From NCBI GenBank assembly GCA_963790785.1, contig CAWBPP010000007.1, positions 61,537-125,536 on the forward strand: 64,000 nucleotides of DNA, in the 5' to 3' direction. A program made the translations under genes and the position numbers. This stretch comes from Candidatus Polarisedimenticolaceae bacterium (GTDB taxonomy: Bacteria > Acidobacteriota > Polarisedimenticolia > Polarisedimenticolales > Polarisedimenticolaceae). Within the stretch, counting starts at the first letter, position 1, and each line of letters opens with the position of its first letter. Positions 29,423 through 37,832 of the stretch are shown here, in pieces. The notes below the pieces were generated by a model that saw only the letters and a list, made by a program, of their open reading frames with translations, did not search any database and was not told the origin of the DNA.

Positions 29423-30508
29423 TCACTCATAAGACTCGACCCTGTAGAAGCCGGCCGGGCTGGTGAGCGGGTCGAACACCGACATGACGGTCCCGTCACC
29501 CGCGACACTCTGGAGGAAGGACCAGGATGACTCGCCCAGGTTCGTCTTGTAGAGCACGTCGTAGTTCATGCCTGCCTGTGTTTCGAACGAAATCTCGACG
29601 TCCGTCTCCGTGCGTGAGAGGTGCAGCTCGATCTGTGGTCCGATACCACCAAGGATCGTGAAGCCGTTGTCGTAGATCCGGATCCAGTCGACCCGGTACT
29701 CCGCCGGGAACGGCGCGGTGATCAGGCTGCTGTCTCCGGTGATGCCGGTGTAATTCCCGCCGACCGCCAGGTTCAGGAGGATGAAGTGCGGCTGGTGGAA
29801 CTCCTCGCCGTCAAAGCTCCCAGGGTCCGAGATGTCCATGGTCCAGATCCAGATGTCGTCGATGTATGTGGCGATATAGTCCGGCGTCCATTCCATACGG
29901 TAGACGTGGAACGAGTCGTTGAGGTCGGTGGTCGACGTGTAGCTCAGTCCGTAGCCGGCGTAGTTGTTCTGGTATTCCCAGTGCGCGGCAGACCCGACGC
30001 GCCGGTTGACCACTCCGTCCGCGATCGCCGATGCGCTCCCCATCTCGACGATGTCGATCTCACCGCAGTCGGGCCAGCCGGCGGTGGAGACGTTGTTTCC
30101 CAGCGTCCAGAACGCCGGCCACAAACCGTCGGCCAGGTCGGACAGCTGAATCCGCGCCTCGATGGTGCCGTATTGCACCGTGAGCCGGTCGGCGGTCTTG
30201 ATCCGGCCGGAAGTGAAGCTATCGCCCTGCCGCAGGGCGGTGATGATGAGCTGCCCTCCTTCCACCCTGACATTGTCCGGGTCGCTGGTATATACCTGGA
30301 ACTCGTTGTTGCCCCAGCCGCAGATGCCCACAGCGCACCCATCGCCGAGGTCGTAGGTCCACACGGAGCTTTCCAAGGCCGAACTGGAGCTGAATTCCTC
30401 GCTCCATATCAAGGTTTGGGCGCTCGATGTGCCGGTCAGGAATAGAGCGACCGCTGCAAAGAACAAGGTTCGCTCCGCGCCAAACCGCATATATCCAAAA
30501 ATCTTCAT
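29423..30508 (-). CDS. Secreted glycoside hydrolase family 16 beta-glucanase (laminarinase-like), intact copy
   Basis: Start chosen at MKIFGYMRFGAERTLFFAAVALFLTGTSSA (signal peptide), GH16 catalytic motif EIDIVE. The track start at 30700 adds non-coding-looking text. Confidence 0.8.
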   Translation of the reverse strand: MKIFGYMRFGAERTLFFAAVALFLTGTSSAQTLIWSEEFSSSSALESSVWTYDLGDGCAVGICGWGNNEFQVYTSDPDNVRVEGGQLIITALRQGDSFTSGRIKTADRLTVQYGTIEARIQLSDLADGLWPAFWTLGNNVSTAGWPDCGEIDIVEMGSASAIADGVVNRRVGSAAHWEYQNNYAGYGLSYTSTTDLNDSFHVYRMEWTPDYIATYIDDIWIWTMDISDPGSFDGEEFHQPHFILLNLAVGGNYTGITGDSSLITAPFPAEYRVDWIRIYDNGFTILGGIGPQIELHLSRTETDVEISFETQAGMNYDVLYKTNLGESSWSFLQSVAGDGTVMSVFDPLTSPAGFYRVESYE

Positions 30509-30706
30509 ATTGCCCATAAATGTACCGTGATCGCTGGAAAGGTGCCAGAGACGGACCAGTTCACCGCTCCGGCGGGCATTAGACCGGCCACGTTCGTTTG
30601 ACCTCAGGTATTTAGCGGCGGAACGGGAATCCAGATTCAAACAATCCCTTTTAACCGCGCCCCGCCGGTGCTTCCCCAAGACCGGTCTTTGTGGTTTCAT
30701 CTATCC

Positions 30707-31324
30707 ATGCATCACGAGCGCTTCATCCCGGCTGCCTCCGGTCCGGCCTTGGTCCGACGCGGCGCCGTCGCGCTCTTACTCATCGGCGGGATCTGTTGCC
30801 TGGTCGCCGGCTGTTCACAGATCGGAACCGATAGAGCCCGGCAGCGCTTGCTTGCGGACCTTCTCCTCGAGCGAGCGGACAACCTCGACCGCTCTGCTCG
30901 GCTGACCATTGCCGGTTCGCTGGTACACGCTGAGGCCGAGTACTCAGTGGACGCCCTTCTCCTGATGGCGGTCGTCGAACAGGAGAGTCACTTCAGGCCG
31001 CGCGCGGGGAGCAGGAAGGGTGCGCTGGGGTTGATGCAGATCCGGCCCGCAACGGCGAGCGACGTCGCCAAGCGCCACGGGATTGCCTACCGCAGAGCGA
31101 AGGACCTCTACGATCCCGCAATAAACATTGATATCGGTGCGGCCTACCTGGCGGAACTCGAGGAGTCTTTTGGGTCGTGGGAGCTGGCACTGGTCGCTTA
31201 CCACCGCGGCCCCCGGAATTTGCGGAAAGCGAGCGCAGGAGGAAAACCGGTGCGTTCCCGCTATGCCACGCGAGTGATGAAGCGCTACCGGCGCTTTCGG
31301 GAACTTTGTAGTTCCGAATTCTGA
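30707..31324 (+). CDS. Lytic transglycosylase (SLT domain) lipoprotein
   Basis: LLLIGGICCLVAGC lipobox; SLT catalytic block ESHFRPRAGSRKGALGLMQI; AYHRGP. Confidence 0.75.
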   Translation: MHHERFIPAASGPALVRRGAVALLLIGGICCLVAGCSQIGTDRARQRLLADLLLERADNLDRSARLTIAGSLVHAEAEYSVDALLLMAVVEQESHFRPRAGSRKGALGLMQIRPATASDVAKRHGIAYRRAKDLYDPAINIDIGAAYLAELEESFGSWELALVAYHRGPRNLRKASAGGKPVRSRYATRVMKRYRRFRELCSSEF

Positions 31325-31325
31325 A

Positions 31326-31402
31326 TGGTGGGCCCACCAGGACTCGAACCTGGGACCGACGGATTATGAGTCCGTTGCTCTAACCAACTGAGCTATAGGC
31401 CC
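31326..31402 (-). tRNA. tRNA-Met (anticodon CAT; tRNA-Ile2/lysidine type not excluded)
   Basis: Reverse complement GGGCCTATAGCTCAGTTGGTTAGAGCAACGGACTCATAATCCGTCGGTCCCAGGTTCGAGTCCTGGTGGGCCCACCA folds as a cloverleaf (7-bp acceptor, T-arm CCAGG/TTCGAGT/CCTGG, anticodon loop CTCATAA, encoded CCA). Confidence 0.85.
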
Positions 31403-31436
31403 GGAAGCTGCGGTTGCATTCTAGCAAAGGTGGCTA

Positions 31437-32564
31437 TCAGGCGTCCGGAGGATCCTGGGGCTCAGGCTCCTGCGGCAGCATGGCCTCTTGAGCGGTCTTT
31501 CCGAACGACGTCAGCCCACCCAGGGCGCCGAGGCCCATGGATTCCACGGCGGAGGACGGGACAATGATCATCGACCCTTTGCGGCGGAGCCCCTCGTAGA
31601 CCATGTTCATCGCCCGGAGGTGCAGGGCCACCGGGTTGTCCTTGTAATGTTCCGATGCGGCGGCAAATTTCTCGGCGATCTCGGTTTCGGCGGTGCCGAG
31701 GATGATGCGGCTCTGCCGCTCCCTTTCCGCCTGGGCCCGGCGGGACATGGCGTCTTCGAGGCCTTTGGGAATAATGATGTCCCTGATCTCCACTGCCTGG
31801 GTGGTAACGCCCCAGGCGGAGGTTTTCTCGTCCAGGACTTTCTGGATCTCGGAGCCTAATCGGTCCCGTTCCGAGAGCAGTTCCGCCAGGTCGTGCTTGC
31901 CGATGGCGTTCCGGAGGGCGGTCTGGGCCGACAGCACCACCGCTTTCTGGAAGTCCTCCACCTCCAGGACCGCTTTCTCCGCATCCCACACCAGCCAGAA
32001 GCTGATGGCGTCCACGTTCACCGGAACGGTGTCGGCGGTCAGGGTGGTCTCGGCGGAGAAGTCGCTCACCCTTATGCGCTGGTCGACAAACTGGGCGATC
32101 TTGTCGATTACCGGCATGATGAAGAACAGGCCGGAAGGTTTCAGCTTGCGGAACTTGCCGAACCGCAACAGCACCGCCCGCTCCCACTGGTAGGCGATCT
32201 GGACCGTGGTGGACAGAACCATGGCGGCCATCGCGGTGAGCAGCAGCACCTCGCTCTCCGGCCTCATGGTCAGGTAGATAATCAGGCAGTCGGCGACGCC
32301 CAGGATCACCACCGCCTCCCAGATCTGGGCCATCCGGAAGGAAGCGGCCATGACCAGGGCCGAGCCCAGGGCCAGAACCACCGCAGCCACGGTAAACGGG
32401 TACATGGAGAGATGGATCACCAGGCCGATCACGAAGATCGCTACCAGCAGCAACGCGTTCAACGGGGCGAACCGGAAATCGGCCCGGTCGCTCATGGCGA
32501 ACTTCTCCAGGGAGAGGTTGGCCAGGCTGGAAGTGAATTCCTTCGGTTTGGCTTCTGTCTTCAT
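31437..32564 (-). CDS. SPFH/Band-7 (stomatin-prohibitin-like) membrane protein
   Basis: N-terminal TM segments, then SPFH core (PVNVDAISFWLVWDAEKAVLEVEDFQKAV...ERERQSRIILGTAE). Confidence 0.8.
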   Translation of the reverse strand: MKTEAKPKEFTSSLANLSLEKFAMSDRADFRFAPLNALLLVAIFVIGLVIHLSMYPFTVAAVVLALGSALVMAASFRMAQIWEAVVILGVADCLIIYLTMRPESEVLLLTAMAAMVLSTTVQIAYQWERAVLLRFGKFRKLKPSGLFFIMPVIDKIAQFVDQRIRVSDFSAETTLTADTVPVNVDAISFWLVWDAEKAVLEVEDFQKAVVLSAQTALRNAIGKHDLAELLSERDRLGSEIQKVLDEKTSAWGVTTQAVEIRDIIIPKGLEDAMSRRAQAERERQSRIILGTAETEIAEKFAAASEHYKDNPVALHLRAMNMVYEGLRRKGSMIIVPSSAVESMGLGALGGLTSFGKTAQEAMLPQEPEPQDPPDA

Positions 32565-32938
32565 GACGACTCCTCCTTCAGCTGGCGAAGGCCGTCCAGC
32601 AGATCGTGCGGTGTAAACCCGTAAGACGATGCACGGGCCAGCATGTCGGTGAGGATCTGGTCCAGCATCCGCTGCCGTTCCAGCTGGTCGATGGCAGGGG
32701 CCCTGGTTCCGACGAAAGTGCCGGACCCCTGCTGGGTCTCGATAACCCCCTCGATCTCCAGCTGGCGGTACGCCCGGACCACCGTGTTCGGGTTGATGGA
32801 CAGGTCCACCGCCAGTTGCCGGACCGTGGGAAGCCGGTCGCCGGGGGACAGGTCTGACCGGGCAATGGCGTATTTCACCTGTTCGATAATCTGACGGTAG
32901 AAAGGAACGCCGCTCTGGCTGTCGATAACCGGTTTCAC
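32561..32938 (-). CDS. GntR-family transcriptional regulator, short YtrA-like subfamily
   Basis: 125 aa. HTH PFYRQIIEQVKYAIARSDLSPGDRLPTVRQLAVDLSINPNTVVRAYRQLE. 4-nt overlap with the SPFH gene. Confidence 0.85.
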   Translation of the reverse strand: MKPVIDSQSGVPFYRQIIEQVKYAIARSDLSPGDRLPTVRQLAVDLSINPNTVVRAYRQLEIEGVIETQQGSGTFVGTRAPAIDQLERQRMLDQILTDMLARASSYGFTPHDLLDGLRQLKEESS

Positions 32939-33048
32939 GGTACCTCCGTGTTCTTGTTCTATTGTTATAGAGAACTAGTACACTAAAACAAGACGATTTT
33001 CAAGATAAAATGGAAATTTCTAAGAATCAGCCGAAAAATAAAGCTTTT

Positions 33049-33450
33049 TTAGCGCTCGATCTGATGCCCAGCCCGCTCCAGGACCCGGCAGGCGTCGCCC
33101 AGGTCCCCTTCCCGGACCAGGAGGAAATCGGTGGACCAGGTCGCCATGGGGAAAATGCTGATCCCGGCGGTGGCCAGCGGGCCGGCCAGGGCGGACATGA
33201 TCCCGGTCAGGCTGAAATCGAAGGTCCCCAGCAGTTCCAGGCAGCGCCAGCCCGGCTCCGCTTCCCACGCCGGGTCGACGTGGGCCGACGACACCACCAT
33301 CGACCATTCCTCGGAGGTGCGGGTTAGGGAAAAGAAGTTGCCGGCCGGTTCCATCCCCGGAGCAGGCTCGTCCGCCGGCAGGCGGCAGACCGACAGTTGG
33401 TCCGGAAGGATTTTGAGAGTCAGGCGTCGCATCGTATCCCCTCTATGCAA
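33049..33450 (-). CDS. ACT-domain protein
   Basis: 133 aa; C-terminal GIMSALAGPLATAGISIFPMATWSTDFLLVRE resembles ACT-type ligand-binding fold. Confidence 0.5.
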   Translation of the reverse strand: MHRGDTMRRLTLKILPDQLSVCRLPADEPAPGMEPAGNFFSLTRTSEEWSMVVSSAHVDPAWEAEPGWRCLELLGTFDFSLTGIMSALAGPLATAGISIFPMATWSTDFLLVREGDLGDACRVLERAGHQIER

Positions 33451-33809
33451 TGATATCGCCGATGAATGTACATCAGGAACAACAGGAAGCCGAGCGTTTG
33501 CTGGCGGGGCTGGAAAACGGCGGGATGACCACCGAGTCCGCCCAGGTGATCGCCCAGGATCTGGACCCGGTGCTGATCTATGTCATCGTCCGGTTTTTGC
33601 GGGAGACCTACCCGGCCTCCGACACGGCGGCAACCGCAGTGCTGGAACGCGTGGTGGCCATGACCTCCAACCCGGCCATCATAAGGAACTGCAAGATCGG
33701 AGAACAGGACCCGATCAGCCGCTGGTTCGTAATGGACTACACCTTCCGGGAGTTCCGGGGCCGCGGTCCGGAACTGATCGCCCTAATCGCCGACAAGCTG
33801 GACAGCTGA
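33450..33809 (+). CDS. Hypothetical protein
   Basis: 119-aa ORF, GC3-rich, divergent from the ACT gene. No motif recognised. Confidence 0.4.
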   Translation: MISPMNVHQEQQEAERLLAGLENGGMTTESAQVIAQDLDPVLIYVIVRFLRETYPASDTAATAVLERVVAMTSNPAIIRNCKIGEQDPISRWFVMDYTFREFRGRGPELIALIADKLDS

Positions 33810-33810
33810 C

Positions 33811-34830
33811 CTAAAGGTACTTGGCCAGGAAAGCGTAGATCGCCCGGCGGGATTCATGGGCCACCGGGGTGTCCATCCGGTTGAAGCTGTGGCCTCCCGG
33901 TACATCTTCGTAGATCTTGTATTCGAATTTCTTGTCCGCCGCCTTGAGCTGGGCGATGAGGTGCTCCACTTCCAGCACGTGGACGTCGTTGTCGTTGGTA
34001 TTGGTGTGGATCAGCAGCGGCGTTTGCAGCTTGTGGGCGTTCCAGGCCGGGGAGCGGCGGCGGTACTCCTCCACGTCCTCGAAGGCGGTCTTGCCGATGT
34101 GGTAATCGACAGAGTACAGGTCCCGGTACCCCTGGTCCTGGTACCCCATTCGCGCGACCAGGTCGGAAACCGGCACCCCGGCGTAGGCTACCTGGAATTT
34201 TTCCGGGTGGTCGAACACCGCCATCAGCGCGATCAGACCACCGTGGCTCCAGCCCAGGATGCCGACCCGGTCCGGGTCGGCGAACGGCATCACCGACAGC
34301 GCCCAGTCCCGGGCCGCTACCGTGTCGTCCACCTCGAGACCGCCGTAATCGATGGATTCGTAGTAGTCCTGCCCGTAACCGGTGGAGCCGCGATACTCCG
34401 GCGCCACCACCACGTACCCCTCGGCCATCAGTTCGCGGACCATATGGGTGTAATAGGTGCCGAAGTCGGAGTGAACGCCGCCGTGGGGGAGCAGGAGCAG
34501 CGGGTGTTTCTTCCCCTTGTCCAGGTTCTTCGGGACGAAGGTGTACGCCCACATCTTGAACGGGTGCCGGGCCGGTTCGATGCCGTAGCCGACCTCGCCG
34601 TCGGGATCCGGCACCGTGGGGATGAACACCTTGTCGATCTCCGCCACATCCCCCACCCGCTGGAACCACAGCAGGTCGTCGACCTTCTTGCCGACGGAAT
34701 CGAGGGTAAAAGACAGGGATTCGAGCTTTTGCTCCAGCTTGTCGATCCGATGGGCGGCGTCATCGGCAACGACCGGAAATACGAAAAGCAGCAGGAGCGG
34801 TGAAACAGGCAGATGGCGATGCGTTTCATG
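33811..34830 (-). CDS. Alpha/beta-hydrolase, S9 (prolyl oligopeptidase/dienelactone hydrolase-like) family; start region ambiguous
   Basis: Nucleophile elbow GWSHGG; PEYRGSTGYG. An ATG (34830) giving MKRIAI is one frame off from the signal-peptide-like LPVSPLLLLFVFPVVADDAA, suggesting a 1-nt indel near 34805-34815. Confidence 0.7.
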   Translation of the reverse strand, partial: HETHRHLPVSPLLLLFVFPVVADDAAHRIDKLEQKLESLSFTLDSVGKKVDDLLWFQRVGDVAEIDKVFIPTVPDPDGEVGYGIEPARHPFKMWAYTFVPKNLDKGKKHPLLLLPHGGVHSDFGTYYTHMVRELMAEGYVVVAPEYRGSTGYGQDYYESIDYGGLEVDDTVAARDWALSVMPFADPDRVGILGWSHGGLIALMAVFDHPEKFQVAYAGVPVSDLVARMGYQDQGYRDLYSVDYHIGKTAFEDVEEYRRRSPAWNAHKLQTPLLIHTNTNDNDVHVLEVEHLIAQLKAADKKFEYKIYEDVPGGHSFNRMDTPVAHESRRAIYAFLAKYL

Positions 34831-34904
34831 GCAGATCTCCCCCAAGACAAGAGTACCGATGTCAATTTTAGTCCGACATCCTCCGTTGAGGTACAATCTC
34901 ACCC

Positions 34905-35831
34905 ATGTCATGGAACGATATCGGAACTTGGTTCACCGGTGAAAGCGGGATTCCGCCGGAGATCCTGGATAAACTGATCCTGTCGGCGGTGGTGATCGTC
35001 GTCTTCGTCGTGCTGCGATCCGTCACCGCCTGGATCGCCCACAAGCGGATCGAGAGCGTCAAGGCCCGGTACCATACCGGCAAAGTCGTCACCTATACGA
35101 TCACCGTCCTGGGGATCCTGTTCCTGGGCTCGATCTGGTTCTCCGGCTTCCGCAACGTCAGCACCTACCTGGGGCTGCTGTCCGCCGGCCTGGCCATTGC
35201 TCTCAAGGACATGCTGGCCAGCATCGCCGGGTGGTTTTACATCCTGGCCCGGAGACCGTTCGAGGTCGGCGACCGCATCGCCGTCGGGGAGCATTCCGGA
35301 GACGTCATCGACCAGCGGCTGTTCCGGTTCTCCATCCTGGAGATCGGCAACTGGGTCGGATCGGACCAGAGCACCGGCCGGGTGATACATATCCCCAACA
35401 GCCTGGTTTTCATCAGCCCCATCGCCAACTACACTTCCGGCTTCAACTACATCTGGAACGAGCTGGCGATTCAGGTCACATTCGAAAGCAACTGGCGCAA
35501 GGCGAAAGAGATCATCGGCTCCATCGCCATACGGCATTACTCCGAGACAGGCCGTTCGGCGGAGAAAGCGATCAAGCGGGCGGCCAGGTCCCAGATGATC
35601 GTCTATGCAAATCTCGACCCGAAGGTCTGGACCAGCGTGGCGGACAGCGGTGTGCTGCTGACGCTGCGGTACCTGTGCGACCCGCGCAAGCGGCGGAGTA
35701 CCTCCGAGGTGCTGTGGGAGGAGATCCTGGACGCCTTCGGCAAGGCCGACGACATCGACTTCGCCTACCCGACCATCCGGCGGTACATCAACACCGAGGA
35801 AGGGAAGTCTGAAACCGGCGGGCCGCAATAA
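34905..35831 (+). CDS. MscS-family mechanosensitive channel
   Basis: TM helices followed by the MscS beta-domain (FEVGDRIAVGEHSGDVIDQRLFRFSILEIGNW...VIHIPNS). Confidence 0.8.
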   Translation: MSWNDIGTWFTGESGIPPEILDKLILSAVVIVVFVVLRSVTAWIAHKRIESVKARYHTGKVVTYTITVLGILFLGSIWFSGFRNVSTYLGLLSAGLAIALKDMLASIAGWFYILARRPFEVGDRIAVGEHSGDVIDQRLFRFSILEIGNWVGSDQSTGRVIHIPNSLVFISPIANYTSGFNYIWNELAIQVTFESNWRKAKEIIGSIAIRHYSETGRSAEKAIKRAARSQMIVYANLDPKVWTSVADSGVLLTLRYLCDPRKRRSTSEVLWEEILDAFGKADDIDFAYPTIRRYINTEEGKSETGGPQ

Positions 35832-35845
35832 TTGAAGGAGCCGGC

Positions 35846-37129
35846 TTGAAAGGGATTCTGCGCCTGTGGGCGCCGATGGCCGGTACGTGGCTGATGATGT
35901 CCCTGGAGCCGCCGTTCCTGGCGGCGGTCATCGCCCGCCTGGCCGATCCGAAGGAGAACCTGGCCGCCTTCGGTGTGTCGTTCGCCGTGGCGGTGCTGGT
36001 AGAGGCGCCGATCATCATGATCCTCAGCGCCTCCACCGCCCTGGTGCAGGGACCGGTGTCGTACCGCCGGCTCCGCAATTTCACCTACGGGATCAACGCA
36101 GTCCTTACCATCGCCATGGTGGTCATGCTGGCGACGCCGCTGTGGCGCTGGCTCGCCACCGACCTGCTGCGGCTCCCCGGAACCGTAGCCGGCCTGACCT
36201 GGACCGCGCTCCTGATCCTGGTCCCCTGGCCGGCGGCCATCGGGTACCGCCGGTTTTACCAGGGCCTCCTGATCCGGCAGGGCAGCACCCGTCTGGTGGC
36301 GTACGGCACGGTGGTCCGCATGGTGTCGGTCACCCTGACAGTCATCCTGCTGTTCCTGTTCTCCGATCTCTCCGGAGCACTGGTGGGAGCCTGGGGACTG
36401 ACCCTCGGTGTTTCCGCCGAGGCGGTGGCCAGCCGGTTCATGGCGAGGTCGGCGGTGCGGGAGTGCAAGGATGCGGAGGCCGATACGATCTCGTATCACC
36501 GCATCGCCAGGTTCTACTGGCCGCTGGCCATGACCTCGGTGATCGGTCTGGCCGCCCATCCGGTTGTGACCTTTTTCATGGGACACGCCCGGTTCCCGCT
36601 GGAGTCTTTGGCGGTGCTGCCGGTAGTGAACTCGCTGTCGTTCATCTTCCGCGCCGTGGGGATCTCGTACCAGGAGGTGGCCATCGCAGTGTTGGCCCGG
36701 GATCGCGGGAGCTTCCCGCTGGTGGCCCGGTTCGCCGGCTGGCTGGCCGCCCTCGCCTCCCTGGCCATGGCGCTGATCGTGTTCACGCCGCTGGCCTCGG
36801 TCTGGTTCCGGACCCTGTCCGGTCTTTCGGCGGAACTCACCGGTTTCGCCCTGACTCCGGCCAGGATCCTGGTGCTGCTGCCGGCCATGTCGGTGATCCT
36901 GTCCCTGCAGCGGGCGATCCTGGTCCACGGCCGGCACACGGCGCCGATCACCTGGGCCACCGTTCTCGAGATCGGCGGCATCGTAGCGGTGCTATGGTTC
37001 GGCACCGCCCAGCTGAACCTGGTGGGGGCGACGGCGGCGGCGATTGCGTTCATCGCCGGCCGCGTCGCATGTACAGTGGCGCTGATCCCGTCAACCGGTG
37101 CAGCCGCCCGGGCTGCGATCACTAGTTGA
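35846..37129 (+). CDS. MOP-superfamily (MATE/MurJ/polysaccharide-flippase-like) membrane transporter
   Basis: 427 aa, ~12 predicted TM helices. No soluble domain. Confidence 0.55.
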   Translation: MKGILRLWAPMAGTWLMMSLEPPFLAAVIARLADPKENLAAFGVSFAVAVLVEAPIIMILSASTALVQGPVSYRRLRNFTYGINAVLTIAMVVMLATPLWRWLATDLLRLPGTVAGLTWTALLILVPWPAAIGYRRFYQGLLIRQGSTRLVAYGTVVRMVSVTLTVILLFLFSDLSGALVGAWGLTLGVSAEAVASRFMARSAVRECKDAEADTISYHRIARFYWPLAMTSVIGLAAHPVVTFFMGHARFPLESLAVLPVVNSLSFIFRAVGISYQEVAIAVLARDRGSFPLVARFAGWLAALASLAMALIVFTPLASVWFRTLSGLSAELTGFALTPARILVLLPAMSVILSLQRAILVHGRHTAPITWATVLEIGGIVAVLWFGTAQLNLVGATAAAIAFIAGRVACTVALIPSTGAAARAAITS

Positions 37130-37676
37130 GTTTTTTGCTCTTCCAGTACTTGGTGCCGGCGATGTCGGCCTGCAGCATCAGGCCTGCCTCGGTGATCTGG
37201 TACACCGCCATGCCGTTCTTGAACGTGGTGCCGGCGGAGGCGCCGGCGGTGCCTGCCACCGCGTTGGCCTGGGCGTCGGCCTGCCAGCCATGCTCAACGA
37301 AATCGTTGAACCGCTTGGAGTCCTGGAACAAGAACACCAGCTGGTACTTCTGGCCGCCGAGTCCGAGGTTCAGGCCGACAGTCCCCATTTTCATGAAGGT
37401 CCGGGCGCCGGTGGACTTGTTCACCGCCACGCCCTGGCCTCCGCCGCCGGAGATCATAAGCGACAGTTTCAGGTTGTCGAACACGGCATAGCCGTACGCC
37501 TTGTCGAACAACTCCTGCGCCTTCGGTTTCTCTGCCAGAAGCTCCTGGATAGTGGCGTCTGCCATTTCGTTGATCCGGGCCCGCTTCTCGTCCTTGCTGA
37601 CCATCTTGGTGCCCTTGGACGCGGCCGGGAGGATGCACAACGCAAACATCACAAGCAGAATGAGGGTCTTTCGCAT
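37122..37676 (-). CDS. SYLF (Ysc84-like) domain lipoprotein
   Basis: Signal peptide/lipobox, then GGGGQGVAVNKSTGARTFMKMGTVGLNLGLGGQKYQLVFLFQD. Confidence 0.7.
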   Translation of the reverse strand: MRKTLILLVMFALCILPAASKGTKMVSKDEKRARINEMADATIQELLAEKPKAQELFDKAYGYAVFDNLKLSLMISGGGGQGVAVNKSTGARTFMKMGTVGLNLGLGGQKYQLVFLFQDSKRFNDFVEHGWQADAQANAVAGTAGASAGTTFKNGMAVYQITEAGLMLQADIAGTKYWKSKKLN

Positions 37677-37721
37677 GGGAGGGTCTCCTTAGGTTACCCC
37701 TTTCCCTTGCATTGTACATGA

Positions 37722-37832
37722 TGGGACAGTCCCCTGCGCAGAAGGGGACAGTCCCCTGCGGGGACAGTCCCCAATGACGGGACCATCCCCTGCGCAGAAG
37801 GGGACAGTCCCCTGAGGGGACAGTCCCCCCAA
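37722..37832 (+). repeat. Tandem array of six GGG(G)ACAGTCCCC units with short spacers (two ~56-nt super-repeats)
   Basis: gggacagtcccc at 37723, 37745, 37761, (gggaccatcccc) 37779, 37801, 37817. Spacers tgcgcagaag / tgcg / aatgac / tgag. Lies between the protease 3' end and the SYLF gene start. Confidence 0.85.

Noticed and set aside
26853-31325. Calling the 4.5 kb segment between the 49-nt tRNA copy and the tRNA an active integrative element or prophage
   Set aside because: There is no integrase, excisionase, replication or structural phage gene. Only the att-like duplication and the composition shift support mobility, so it is reported as an island remnant.
33131-33814. 227-aa plus-strand ORF overlapping the ACT gene and the small hypothetical gene
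   Set aside because: It is an alternate frame of two better-supported ORFs, and its translation is low complexity (Arg/Gly/Pro-rich).
37722-37832. CRISPR array
   Set aside because: The repeat unit is only 12-13 nt and spacers 4-10 nt. No cas genes are present. It is better described as a tandem REP/operator-like array.
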